A stretch of DNA of 64,000 nt, taken from positions 62,001-126,000 of the forward strand of contig JAWLHB010000017.1 of assembly GCA_041690595.1 (NCBI GenBank), in the 5' to 3' direction. The position numbers and the translations under genes are program-made. The stretch is from Lentisphaeria bacterium (lineage in GTDB: Bacteria; Verrucomicrobiota; Lentisphaeria; JABSQK01; JAWLHB01). Below the pieces are notes generated by a model. That model was not told the origin of the DNA and searched no databases. It was given only the letters and a program-made list of their open reading frames with translations. Position 1 is the stretch's first letter; the number at the start of each line of letters is the position of its first letter. This document shows positions 20,992 to 30,538 of the stretch, piece by piece.

Positions 20992-21737
20992 CGGCCAATA
21001 AGTTTGTTCAAGTACAGAATGCGCATGAAGGCACTCTGGGTAAGGAGGAGATTGGCGGCGGTGGGATTGGGAAGATGGGGATCGAAGAGGACCAGTTCGA
21101 TGTCGGCGCGCTGCGGAAGCTCATAGATAACGGTTCCGCTGCCGATGGGAACGGCGTCGGCCTGAGCGACAAAAAAGGACATGTTCAGCTCTTTGACGCC
21201 GTCCTGCAAGATGGTTTCATAGGTGCTGTCGGGGTTCACTACCCAGGTGGGCTCGCTGAGCTCTGTTTTGCCGAAGAAGTCCCAGTCGACACTGGTGGCC
21301 ACGACGACCATACGTTTGAGACTATTATCCTCGACCTTGTAGTAGATCTCACAGAGTCGGCTGGCGCCGTTGTTGAATGGGACACTGGCGACAAAGGCCG
21401 CGACAAAACCATCCTGTGCCGGATCGGGCACATAGAAGCCGATCTCCTGATCCAGGAGCGAGCTGGCGACAGCGCAATTGAGATCCCGCTCGATAATGTC
21501 GAGAACTACGCGCTGGGAATCGATCATCTCCAGACGGCTATCGTTCCGTTGCCAGGTAGTCTGCGCCGTATTGATGTAGCGAAAGAGCAGAAGCATCATG
21601 ATGGACAGGACGGACATGGACATCAGCAGCTCTATCATGGAAAAGCGACTACAACGCGACGTCTGGCGCTGGCGCGTCTCCGGCTTCTTGAATGAATCAG
21701 GGTAGTACATGGTGAACTGCGGCCTCATCTGAATCAA
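20988..21737 (-). CDS. GspJ/PilW-like pseudopilin (cassette C-like)
   Basis: SR|FSMIELLMSMSVLSIMMLLL prepilin motif followed by a 'LDIIERDL..A' helix typical of GspJ; exact start uncertain. Confidence 0.8.
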   Translation of the reverse strand: MIQMRPQFTMYYPDSFKKPETRQRQTSRCSRFSMIELLMSMSVLSIMMLLLFRYINTAQTTWQRNDSRLEMIDSQRVVLDIIERDLNCAVASSLLDQEIGFYVPDPAQDGFVAAFVASVPFNNGASRLCEIYYKVEDNSLKRMVVVATSVDWDFFGKTELSEPTWVVNPDSTYETILQDGVKELNMSFFVAQADAVPIGSGTVIYELPQRADIELVLFDPHLPNPTAANLLLTQSAFMRILYLNKLIGR

Positions 21738-22291
21738 CGGTCGGGTTTTCGCCAGTCGCCCTGGCCAAACGGGAGAACACCCTGCTTCCTGCGGATCGGG
21801 ACCATGTTTGCCTTGTGCAGTGCCTCCACCTCATCAAAGGTCAGCCAGGTGCGTTCAGCTCGAGCGCCGGTAAGCGCCTGCCACCGGGCCTCCAGCTCTT
21901 GAAGCCTCTTCATGGCCTGCCGCATGGGCTCCCCGATGGTCTGCTGCTCGAACAACTTACCGATCGCTTCATTGACCTCTGCCAGTCCACGAGCAATATC
22001 TGCCAAAGCCTGCTGCTGACGGGCCAGCTGACCATTGTTTCGTCGGGTAGCCGCTTCCGCGGCGGTGGCGGCTTGCGCGGCAATTCTGGAGTAGCGCAAG
22101 GCATCCGCTCTGCTTCCTTCAATGATGATGGAGTAAGCCACATTGAAGGTCTGGGAGAGGTCATGTGGGGTGCTGCTCACGCGCGGCTTGCGCGCGGATT
22201 CAGCGGCGAAGGCGGAACTGCCGCTGATGCTCAGAGCAATCAGCAGCGGACCGGCAAGGCGGAGAAGGTGTGAATGGGAGATGCCACACAT
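21734..22291 (-). CDS. Hypothetical secreted alpha-helical protein inside the pseudopilin cassette
   Basis: Signal-like LLRLAGPLLIALSISGSSAFA; Ala/Gln/Arg-rich helical body; stop overlaps the next gene. Confidence 0.7.
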   Translation of the reverse strand: MCGISHSHLLRLAGPLLIALSISGSSAFAAESARKPRVSSTPHDLSQTFNVAYSIIIEGSRADALRYSRIAAQAATAAEAATRRNNGQLARQQQALADIARGLAEVNEAIGKLFEQQTIGEPMRQAMKRLQELEARWQALTGARAERTWLTFDEVEALHKANMVPIRRKQGVLPFGQGDWRKPDR

Positions 22292-22449
22292 ATCGGTGAA
22301 GTCCCTGGGCGAAGGTTGTGGCGGGGTTAATGGTGAACACTATAACCGCTGATCGGTGCAAGTTCACGTGGAGATCGCCCAAACAGAAAGCGCTCGCTGC
22401 CCGAGCCTGGAGTTCGGACAGCGAGCGCCAGTCACAAATCCGTGTAGAA

Positions 22450-25400
22450 CTACTGCCCAGGCAAATCACGAATGGGCACGGTGTTGTCACCTGAATGAAC
22501 GATGCGGATATTACCGGTGCCTTCGAGTTCGCGGCAGACAAGACCGCCGCGAATCTTGCCGCTTCCAGTTACCAGCACCTTGGCATCCGGCGCGTACATG
22601 ACGCGTACGAGGGCAGAAGCATCACCCGTCACGGAAATATTCGCGCCGCCCGATACGATGTGCCCCATGATGCCAGACGAGCCGGGTATGACGATGTCCG
22701 CGGAGAGAGAATACAGGGATCCGGCATAGCGGGTATTTCCACCCGGATTGATGGCTCCGCCGCCGGCGTAATAGATGTGCGCACTGTCAGTCGAGCCGGA
22801 TGCATTGATCGTGCTGTCACCACCGAGGGTAATGCCACCATCGATGTAGAAGGTGAGACTGCCTCCGCCAATGAGGACGATGTGGCCCTGCACGATGTCA
22901 AGGTTGCCGACCCGTATGGTTCTCGCCTGTCCCTGCAGATCGAAGGTAAGCCTGCGATCATGCAGAATTTCGATCGAACCAAAGCTGCACCCATCGTAAT
23001 CGGAAGGACGCAGAGTCCGATCGTTGCTTGCGCCACCGGAGAGCTTTATGTTGCTCTTCGCGGTTCCTTCGGGGAACTGCGGGAAGGGGGGAAGCTCAAA
23101 CTCCAGTTCCCGCGGCAGGTTTGCCACATCACCGCCGATGTTGTCCAATTCATTGGGCCGCGGCGTTTTGAGAACGGTTGTTGCAATACCACCCGGTCCG
23201 ATGACCAGATCGCCGGTAATAATGGCGCTCCAATCCAGTTCCACCGAATTGGCGGAGGTAGAATTGGTAATAGCGGTTCCCACGATCTGCGAACTGCCGG
23301 TCAACCGTATCCTCTCCTTCACAAACAAGCCGGCGCCAAAATAGGAGTCGACCAGCGTGACGGTAACAATCGCCTCAGCATGTGCGGTAGCGGCGGCAGT
23401 GATCTCGGCGGTGCGTGCCCCCGCGAGCAGACCATCGTCGACAGCGCCGACATGGAAGGTGACACTCGTCTCGCCCGCGGGAATGACGATGGACTCGGGA
23501 ACCGTGGCCGCGGTCACGTCGGAGCTGGATAGGGCGACAGTCAGGGCAGCCGCGGGATCCGAATCTCGCGTGAGTGTGGCGATCGCCGCCTCATCGCCGG
23601 AGGTGTCGGCAAAGGAACTGGGCTCGACAGTGAGCCCAAGTGAGCCCAGCACGAGAGGCGCGCAGGTGACGGTGACTGCCTCAACGCCATCCTTATAGCC
23701 ACTGGCGCTGGCGGATATGGCGACACGTACGTCGTTGCAGTCCGCGGCGGGGTCCGCTTCGCCGATGCGCTTTCCGTCTTCGGTGACAACAATGCCGTCG
23801 CCGCTGACGCTGACCCACCAATGTCCCATGGCTTTACCGTTCTTCGGCTTCGCATTATAAACGCGCACTGTCATCGCGCCGGAGAAGGTATAGATGGAGC
23901 TATTGCGAAGGGGATAAATCTTGCCGTTAATGTATAGGGTGTTCTGATTGCCATTGCCCTTGGGCTTCACCAGCATGTAGGTGGCGCCACCCTGGTAGAA
24001 GGTCCCGTCGCCACTGATCGGCGAATCCTTGTGCAGATCATCGCGCGTGTAAGTTGCTCCCCCAGCGGTTTGGAGCGTGAACTCCATGTGCGGGCTGTTA
24101 TTGGGATTGATATTGATGCCGCCCGCGATGCTGGTATCCTCGTCATCACCATCTCCGGCGCCAGCCGCGACATAGAAGGTTGCGGTCGATGCATCAGCCT
24201 GGATGGTAACAGATCCCGGCACGGAGGCCGAGGCGGGATCGCCACTGGAAAGGGAGACATTCAGAGCATTCGCAAGCGATGCGGCAACGCGCGTAACGGT
24301 TCCAATCGCTGCTTGATCACCGGCGTTACGCGCGAAAGTATCGGGAGCCACGACAACGAGCAACATATGGTCTACGTCGCGAACGTTGATGGTGGCCGAG
24401 GCGCTGCCATGCAGGTCGGCAGAGGCAGTGATCTCAACGGCTTGATCGCCATCCGCCTCATCGTCATCAATCGCGTCGACCGCGAAGGTTGCGGAGTTGG
24501 CTCCAGCCGACAGGGTTACCTGCGTCGGCACAGTCGCTTCAGATGTATCGCTGCTGGTGAGTTGGACGACAAGTGGATCGGTGAGAGACGTATTACGCGT
24601 GACGGTACCGGTAGCAGCGTGCTCGCCATCGTCTTCGTCTATTACTGCTGGCGTAAAGGCCAGAGTCAATGTGGCGGTGTCGATGTCCCTCACCAGGATA
24701 CTGCTTTCTCCACTGGCATAGCCATTGGCGCCAGCGACCACGGTAACGCTCTGGTCCCCATCGACAAGGTTGTCATCGACAACAGAGAGAGCGGCAGTGA
24801 CGCTGGCCTGGCCGGGAGGAATGGTCACGGTGGTGGGTACGGTCAGCTCGGTGGTGTCGCTGCTGGAGAGGTTAACGACAAGTGACTTCAGGAACTGCGG
24901 GTCTGCCGGATCCGTGTTGCTTCGCGAAATGGTGGCGACAGCCGCGGGGTTGTCATCCTTCTCCCAGACAAGGGGGACAGAGACAGCGACAGTGAGGAAT
25001 TCCGCGTCTTCAACAGTGATACTGGCCGTGTCCCCCGTGTGCTGGGCTGCCGAGGCGGATACGGTCACATTTTGCTCACCGTCGAGCAGCTTGTCTTCCA
25101 CGGCATTGATGGCAAACGTAGCCGAGGTGCGCCCGATGGGAATCGTGACGGAGGCAGGCACGGTAATCTCGGATGTATCGCTGCTGGCCAGTTGGACGGT
25201 CAAGTCATGGTCTGGATCGACCACATTGCGGGTCACCGTGCCGTAGGCGGCGGCTTCGCCTGCATTCTCAACCACCATGCTGGCGGAAAGCGAGAGCGAC
25301 AATGAGCCCTGGTCGACGACGGTCAGCGCCGCGGTCCCGGTTTCGTAATTGGAATTGGCCGCCGAAAGGGTGACAAGGGTCGGAGGATCCAACTCGTCAT

Positions 25401-26856
25401 TGGAGGTGACATCGACAGCATAGCTGGCCGAATCCTTTCCAGCCGCAATGGTGACGGAATCCGGCACGTGAACTCTCCCATCACTGCTGGAGAGGCTGAC
25501 AACCAGGGCTCTCGGGGTAGCACCATCGCTGCGGGTGACAGAGCCGGTGGCAACGTTGGCACCCGATCCTTCGGTCACGGTCGTGGGGGCAACGGATATA
25601 GTGATCGTCTCGTGGTCCGTTACGAGTATGGAGTCACTGCCGGACGTATAAGCATTGTTGCTGGCTGTGATCGACACAACCTGATCACCGTCGAGAATGT
25701 TGTCATCAACGGCCAGAACCATGAAGGTGGCCGACGATGTGCCAGGACTGAGAACCAGATGCGTGGTGCTCGGAACGGCCTGAGTCTGATCAGAGGTCGT
25801 AAGTGTAACCGGAAGCGCGCGATCGAGATTTCCGCCCAGGCGTTCAACGGTGGCGCTGCTCGACCCGCCATTCTCGGACATGCTGCTGGCGGCAATGATT
25901 ACGCGAAGCGAGCTGATCTCATCGTCAAGAACGTTGAAACTGTCATTACCCGCGCGGTATTCAGAATCCGCTTCGGCGGGCTGCGCGGTGATGGTAACGC
26001 GCTTCGTGCCATCCTCGATGGCGTCGTCCACGCCGGTGATGGAGAAGGTGGCAGCAGATTCATTCGCCGGGATGGTCACCTCAGGAGCAACGACGGCTTC
26101 CGCGGTATCGGACGAGGTAAGATTGACGCGAAGGCCAACGCTCAAATCGCCGAACACACGTGCAACGCGCCCGGAGGCGGCATTCTCACCATCAGACTCA
26201 TAGATTTCATCCTCAAAGACGTCGACGACAAGAACGGATACCTCGCCCGGGAGGAACATGGTAATCTGGTAGACTTCTCGATTGCGACGGGTGTAGGGCA
26301 ATTCCGCGGGCCAACTGACTTCGGCAAAGAGAACTGCTGTCTTGGCGGTAGCGTCAGAGCCATCGCCGTAATCGCGAACTTCCTTCCAAGCGCGGACAAT
26401 GGCACTGAAGGAGATGTCATTGGCGGAGCTGCGGTGGATGATCTTGAAGAGACCGGAGTTGTGAATCTGGGGATCGAAATCGGCATCAGGGCTACCTTCA
26501 TTCACCAGCCAAAGCAGTTCAAGATACTGGCTGGGCGAGAGGGATTCCGTGCTCCATTCCATGTGATCGGGATCCGCGGCCGCATAGCTCTTGGCATCGG
26601 GGAAGGCATCGACATAGTGCCAGTCACCATGGATCCGATTCTGCGAATAGCGCAGGAACTGCTGGAGTGCGCTGACCGCGGTCGCGCGTGACATACTGCC
26701 TCGATTGGCGTCGAGTCCTTTCGGCAGGAGAACCATAATGCTGATGACAGCGACGACGATGACCACCAGTGCGATGACCAGTTCGATCATTGTAAAGCGT
26801 TGGAGTAGGGACCGCAGGGTCTGCTTTGTTCTGGCCAGCATTAGAGGACTCCTCAT
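22450..26856 (-). CDS. PilV/GspI-like pseudopilin (cassette B-like) fused to 8 Calx-beta-like repeats and a C-terminal beta-helix-like domain (1468 aa)
   Basis: QR|FTMIELVIALVVIVVAVISIMVLLPKGL leader and EVSWPA motif. Repeats contain LxSSDT.E..VP..VTIP.G..SATF...VDD...DG. Gly-rich tail (YAGSLY..A, IMGHIVS, VMYAPDA, IRGGLV). RBS GAGGAG. Confidence 0.85.
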   Translation of the reverse strand: MRSPLMLARTKQTLRSLLQRFTMIELVIALVVIVVAVISIMVLLPKGLDANRGSMSRATAVSALQQFLRYSQNRIHGDWHYVDAFPDAKSYAAADPDHMEWSTESLSPSQYLELLWLVNEGSPDADFDPQIHNSGLFKIIHRSSANDISFSAIVRAWKEVRDYGDGSDATAKTAVLFAEVSWPAELPYTRRNREVYQITMFLPGEVSVLVVDVFEDEIYESDGENAASGRVARVFGDLSVGLRVNLTSSDTAEAVVAPEVTIPANESAATFSITGVDDAIEDGTKRVTITAQPAEADSEYRAGNDSFNVLDDEISSLRVIIAASSMSENGGSSSATVERLGGNLDRALPVTLTTSDQTQAVPSTTHLVLSPGTSSATFMVLAVDDNILDGDQVVSITASNNAYTSGSDSILVTDHETITISVAPTTVTEGSGANVATGSVTRSDGATPRALVVSLSSSDGRVHVPDSVTIAAGKDSASYAVDVTSNDELDPPTLVTLSAANSNYETGTAALTVVDQGSLSLSLSASMVVENAGEAAAYGTVTRNVVDPDHDLTVQLASSDTSEITVPASVTIPIGRTSATFAINAVEDKLLDGEQNVTVSASAAQHTGDTASITVEDAEFLTVAVSVPLVWEKDDNPAAVATISRSNTDPADPQFLKSLVVNLSSSDTTELTVPTTVTIPPGQASVTAALSVVDDNLVDGDQSVTVVAGANGYASGESSILVRDIDTATLTLAFTPAVIDEDDGEHAATGTVTRNTSLTDPLVVQLTSSDTSEATVPTQVTLSAGANSATFAVDAIDDDEADGDQAVEITASADLHGSASATINVRDVDHMLLVVVAPDTFARNAGDQAAIGTVTRVAASLANALNVSLSSGDPASASVPGSVTIQADASTATFYVAAGAGDGDDEDTSIAGGININPNNSPHMEFTLQTAGGATYTRDDLHKDSPISGDGTFYQGGATYMLVKPKGNGNQNTLYINGKIYPLRNSSIYTFSGAMTVRVYNAKPKNGKAMGHWWVSVSGDGIVVTEDGKRIGEADPAADCNDVRVAISASASGYKDGVEAVTVTCAPLVLGSLGLTVEPSSFADTSGDEAAIATLTRDSDPAAALTVALSSSDVTAATVPESIVIPAGETSVTFHVGAVDDGLLAGARTAEITAAATAHAEAIVTVTLVDSYFGAGLFVKERIRLTGSSQIVGTAITNSTSANSVELDWSAIITGDLVIGPGGIATTVLKTPRPNELDNIGGDVANLPRELEFELPPFPQFPEGTAKSNIKLSGGASNDRTLRPSDYDGCSFGSIEILHDRRLTFDLQGQARTIRVGNLDIVQGHIVLIGGGSLTFYIDGGITLGGDSTINASGSTDSAHIYYAGGGAINPGGNTRYAGSLYSLSADIVIPGSSGIMGHIVSGGANISVTGDASALVRVMYAPDAKVLVTGSGKIRGGLVCRELEGTGNIRIVHSGDNTVPIRDLPGQ
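23350..26240 (-). repeat. 8 Calx-beta-like (~100 aa) repeats
   Basis: Repeated SSDT.E/VTIP/SATF/DD..DG motifs counted in the translation; boundaries approximate. Confidence 0.8.
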
Positions 26857-26934
26857 TATATTTTGGAAGACTAACTATTATCCACAATTGGCTGCTGAGG
26901 CCCCCGGACGGCACATCAGCATGGGGAAAGCGAC

Positions 26935-27099
26935 TCAAATGCCAGAGGCGGGCCGGCGCGGACGGTTCTCGAGGGAACCGAATACGACTTGTGCCTTCGC
27001 CGTGCCGCCCTTCACATTCTGGCGGGGCAGCAAGTCGTCCAGCTTGATGGACTGGCGAAGGGCCGATTGCCGCGGTTTCGCTTTATCATTGTTCTGCAT
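26935..27099 (-). CDS. Small peptide 1 (54 aa), LDDLLP..V.GG...FGSL family
   Basis: MQNNDKAKPRQSALRQSIKLDDLLPRQNVKGGTAKAQVVFGSLENRPRRPASGI; AGGAG RBS upstream of ATG 27099; paralogous to 27419-27568. Confidence 0.8.
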   Translation of the reverse strand: MQNNDKAKPRQSALRQSIKLDDLLPRQNVKGGTAKAQVVFGSLENRPRRPASGI

Positions 27100-27356
27100 G
27101 GTAGGAAACTCCTGCGCGGTATATGGAGAGAGATCGGGAGCAGTGGGGGAATGGTGTGTGCCATACCCAAAATGGCATACTACCACGGCGCTATTTCATG
27201 AGCATCCATAATGCCAGAGATGCACACAGCAACGTAACTGCCTGCAGTCACGTAACTTACGAACTATTCACAGATTCCTCGCGTGCAGATAAAGCGCTGA
27301 AGATGCTACATCGTCGGCACAATTTGAGGACTACATGGCCGTATATTGGTACACGC

Positions 27357-27390
27357 ACACACCTGCCCGAGGGGATCAGGGCAGGTGTGT
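27357..27390. terminator. Perfect 12-bp stem-loop downstream of small peptide 2
   Basis: ACACACCTGCCC-N10-GGGCAGGTGTGT. There is no clear U-tract, so it may be a terminator or an mRNA-stabilising hairpin. Confidence 0.5.
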
Positions 27391-27418
27391 ACGGGGGCCG
27401 CCTGGCACCGGAGCACAG

Positions 27419-27568
27419 TCAGAGTCTGTCTGGTTTACCAAGGGAACCGAAGAGAACCTTTGGTTTCCCCTTGCCGCCGATCACGGTCTTCTTGGGAAGC
27501 AAGTCATCAAGGCGAATGGCCGGCTTGGCCTTGCGAGGTGCTTCCCGAGGGTCGCTTTTTTCTTTCAT
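27419..27568 (-). CDS. Small peptide 2 (49 aa, absent from ORF track), same family as peptide 1
   Basis: Manual translation MKEKSDPREAPRKAKPAIRLDDLLPKKTVIGGKGKPKVLFGSLGKPDRL*; purine-rich AGGAAGAGAG upstream of the ATG. Confidence 0.8.
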   Translation of the reverse strand: MKEKSDPREAPRKAKPAIRLDDLLPKKTVIGGKGKPKVLFGSLGKPDRL

Positions 27569-27872
27569 GGGTATAATCTCTCTTCCTGGTGTTTGGGGAG
27601 TCCCCGCTGAACGAGGTTCCTATAGCACCATGGATGCCCAAGTTCGACTCTGATTACGGAAGCCACTGATATAGCGAGACTTACGATTTCTAACCATAAA
27701 CAAACGATAGGTCAACGCAGTTGGCAAGCGTATCATAGAGGCTCAACATTGTCCCACTTTGAAACTATTTTCGTTCATGACGGGACATAAGACATTCGGC
27801 CGTGCATGGAGGTTCTACCTGTGATAAAGTAAGCGTTTCACGGGAGGAACAAGAAGATGACATGGTTTTGGC

Positions 27873-30149
27873 ATGAGTGAAGCGACTAAGTTGACCAGAG
27901 CGAGCGGTAGCTACCGGGGGACGGCCTGGATCTGCCTGATGCTGGTGGCATGGACCTTCGCCGTCTACGCGGCGGTGTTGACCTTCGAATTCGTCAATTA
28001 CGACGATCAGGTCTACATCACCGAGAACCTGCGGTTACAGCAGGGGCTGACGAGCGAGAGCTGGCGCTGGCTGCTCACCACGAATCGCGGCGGCAACTGG
28101 CACCCGCTGACGTGGCTGTCGCACCTGCTCGACCACGCACTTTTCGGGCTGAACCCAAGTGGCCACCATGCCAGCAACCTGATCTATCATCTGGTGAATA
28201 CTGTGCTGCTCTTTCTGGCGCTGCTTTCGCTGACCAGAGCGCGATGGCATAGCGCAATGGTTGCGGCCCTGTTTGCGCTTCATCCGCTGCACGTGGAATC
28301 TGTGGCCTGGGTTTCCGAGCGCAAGGACACGCTGAGCACACTCTTCTGGATGCTGACACTCCTGGCCTACAGCTATTACGTGCGACAACGGAATTGGCGG
28401 CGTTATCTGCTGGTAGTTGCGGCATTCGCGGGAGGATTGATGTCGAAATCGATGACCGTCACGCTACCGTGCGTGCTGCTGCTGCTCGATTACTGGCCGC
28501 TCAACCGGTTCCGCCCAGTGCTCGGTGGCGGGTGGCTGAAGATCCGCGGAGAGTGGTGGCAGTGCGTGCTGGAAAAGCTGCCGCTGCTGCTGATGTCGGC
28601 GGCCCTGGCACTGATCACAATGCAGACACAAACAGATGTCGGAGCGATGGCGGGTCACGTGCCGCTGGTGCAGCGCCTGGGCAACGCCATCGTCAGCTAC
28701 GGGATCTACCTGCGACAGATGGTGTGGCCGCTGGACCTGCATATCTTCTATCCGCATCCCATGGGCGACCTGAACTGGTACCTGGTCTGGGCAATGCTCG
28801 CGCTGTTGCTGGCGATCAGCGCGGCGGTGACGGTGGCAGCCATGCGGCGACCGTATCTGACGGTGGGCTGGCTCTGGTATGTGGGAACGTTGGTGCCGGC
28901 AATCGGTATCATCCAGGTGGGGGAGCAGGCGATGGCCGACCGCTACACCTATATCCCCTTGATCGGGATCTTCATCATGCTGGCTTGGGGAATACCGGAA
29001 CTGATCGATCGCGAGCGGAGCCGGCAGCTTCTCGTTCCTGTTTCAGTCATTACCCTTCTTGCCTGTTCGGTACTGACGCTTCGGCAGGTGGAGTACTGGC
29101 GCAATACAGAGAGCTTGTTCAGCCGGGCCTTGGCAGTGGATCCCGACAATTACGTTGCCCACGCGAATCTTGCCTCGCTGGCGGCAGAGAGACAAGACTA
29201 CGAGCAAGCGAAGCGACATTTTGAAGCCGTTCTGGCGGTGAAGCCACGTAGCGCGGACGCACTGGGCGGTATCGGAGCGGTGCTCTACAAGCAGGGACAT
29301 CACGAAGATGCCATCGCCTGGCTTGGCAAGGCACTGGAGAGGCAGCCCAAGCATGCGGATTCGCATCTGAACCTGGGGATCATCCTTGCCAATCGTGGTG
29401 ATCATGCGGAGGCCATCCCACACTTCGAGCTGGCCATGAAGCATAAACGGGAAGACGATCCCGAGGTCTATTACAATCTGGCACGCAGTCTTCAGGAGAC
29501 CGGGGAGATCGACGCTGCCACCGGCTTCGTTCGACAAGCCATTCGCCTCAACCCGCGCGATGCGCGCTGCCACAATCTGCTAGGCGTACTGCAACGGCAG
29601 CAGGGGCTGATGGCCGACGCGTTGAGTTCCTATCGCCATGCCATCATGCTCGACCCGGAGTTGGGCGAACCCTACTACAATCTGGCGCTGGCGCATGAAG
29701 CGGAACAGCATCCGGAACTGGCCATCAAGTCCTATGAAGAGGCCCTGGCCAGAGGGTATGCAAGTGAGCGCCTGCATTACAATCTGGGTCTGCTGCACCA
29801 CCGTGCGGGGAAGTTGAAGTTGGCAGAGCGTCATTATCGCGATGCTCTGGAGATGAATGACGCGTATACCCGTGCGCACCACAATCTGGGTGCGGCACTC
29901 TATGCGCAAGCACGTTATGCGGAAGCTGACCAGCATTACCTGGCCGCGATTCAACAGGAACCGGATGACGCGAACATGCGCAACAGCCGTGCGGTCAATC
30001 TCATCCAGCTTGGCCGTCATGGCGACGCCATCGCGGAGCTGCAGGCGGCCCTGCGACTCGAGCCCACTCTTGAGGCCGCGCAACGGGCACTGGCGGAGGC
30101 GCGACGCCTGCTTGCCGAGGCGAAAGAGGGCGGAGCCCCCCCCCCATAA
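27873..30149 (+). CDS. TMTC-like membrane glycosyltransferase (GT-C fold) with a C-terminal TPR array
   Basis: FVNYDD acidic motif after the first TM; WHPLTWLS, HPLHVESVAWVSERKD and ADRYTY motifs; multiple TM segments; then about 8-10 TPRs (A..NLG.....G....A). Confidence 0.85.
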   Translation: MSEATKLTRASGSYRGTAWICLMLVAWTFAVYAAVLTFEFVNYDDQVYITENLRLQQGLTSESWRWLLTTNRGGNWHPLTWLSHLLDHALFGLNPSGHHASNLIYHLVNTVLLFLALLSLTRARWHSAMVAALFALHPLHVESVAWVSERKDTLSTLFWMLTLLAYSYYVRQRNWRRYLLVVAAFAGGLMSKSMTVTLPCVLLLLDYWPLNRFRPVLGGGWLKIRGEWWQCVLEKLPLLLMSAALALITMQTQTDVGAMAGHVPLVQRLGNAIVSYGIYLRQMVWPLDLHIFYPHPMGDLNWYLVWAMLALLLAISAAVTVAAMRRPYLTVGWLWYVGTLVPAIGIIQVGEQAMADRYTYIPLIGIFIMLAWGIPELIDRERSRQLLVPVSVITLLACSVLTLRQVEYWRNTESLFSRALAVDPDNYVAHANLASLAAERQDYEQAKRHFEAVLAVKPRSADALGGIGAVLYKQGHHEDAIAWLGKALERQPKHADSHLNLGIILANRGDHAEAIPHFELAMKHKREDDPEVYYNLARSLQETGEIDAATGFVRQAIRLNPRDARCHNLLGVLQRQQGLMADALSSYRHAIMLDPELGEPYYNLALAHEAEQHPELAIKSYEEALARGYASERLHYNLGLLHHRAGKLKLAERHYRDALEMNDAYTRAHHNLGAALYAQARYAEADQHYLAAIQQEPDDANMRNSRAVNLIQLGRHGDAIAELQAALRLEPTLEAAQRALAEARRLLAEAKEGGAPPP

Positions 30150-30480
30150 AAGCGATGACCCCGCAGCTCGAAGGCTACGGGGTCACCACTTCCTGGAGGC
30201 GCAGGTGCAGGGTATCGGTTTCTCTGGTTTTGCGGTTGCCCAGTTGTTTTAAGTCGGGCACCGGTACTTACCAGATCGACCAAGTATTTTTTAGCAAACC
30301 TCGTGCCAACTCTCTTCCTGACCGTATTCAGCCTCATGTTCATCCTCAATCGGCAAGAGGAATCGGGAAGAAATGTCCAGCCTCAAGACCAGAATATCAG
30401 TTTTGAAGCCGCACGTGTCTCATTTATAGACATTCCCTATTCTCGGCAGGAAAATCTTCCGCCGATTGGAAAACTTTGGC

Positions 30481-30524
30481 TTGTACTTGAGTTGGCGAAG
30501 CAATATGATATGTCAACATATCAT
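30481..30524 (+). promoter_or_regulatory. sigma70 promoter overlapped by a palindromic operator (likely GntR autoregulation)
   Basis: TTGTAC-N17-TATGAT (30481-30509); perfect inverted repeat ATGATATGT-CA-ACATATCAT at 30505-30524. Confidence 0.7.
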
Positions 30525-30538
30525 GAACGAGGCCCGCG

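Noticed and set aside
27152..27260. TGCCAT-N7-ATGGCA inverted repeat and ACGTAACT direct repeat upstream of peptide 1 as a sigma54 promoter or operator
   Set aside because: The -12 TTGC element is missing and the repeats are short enough to arise by chance.
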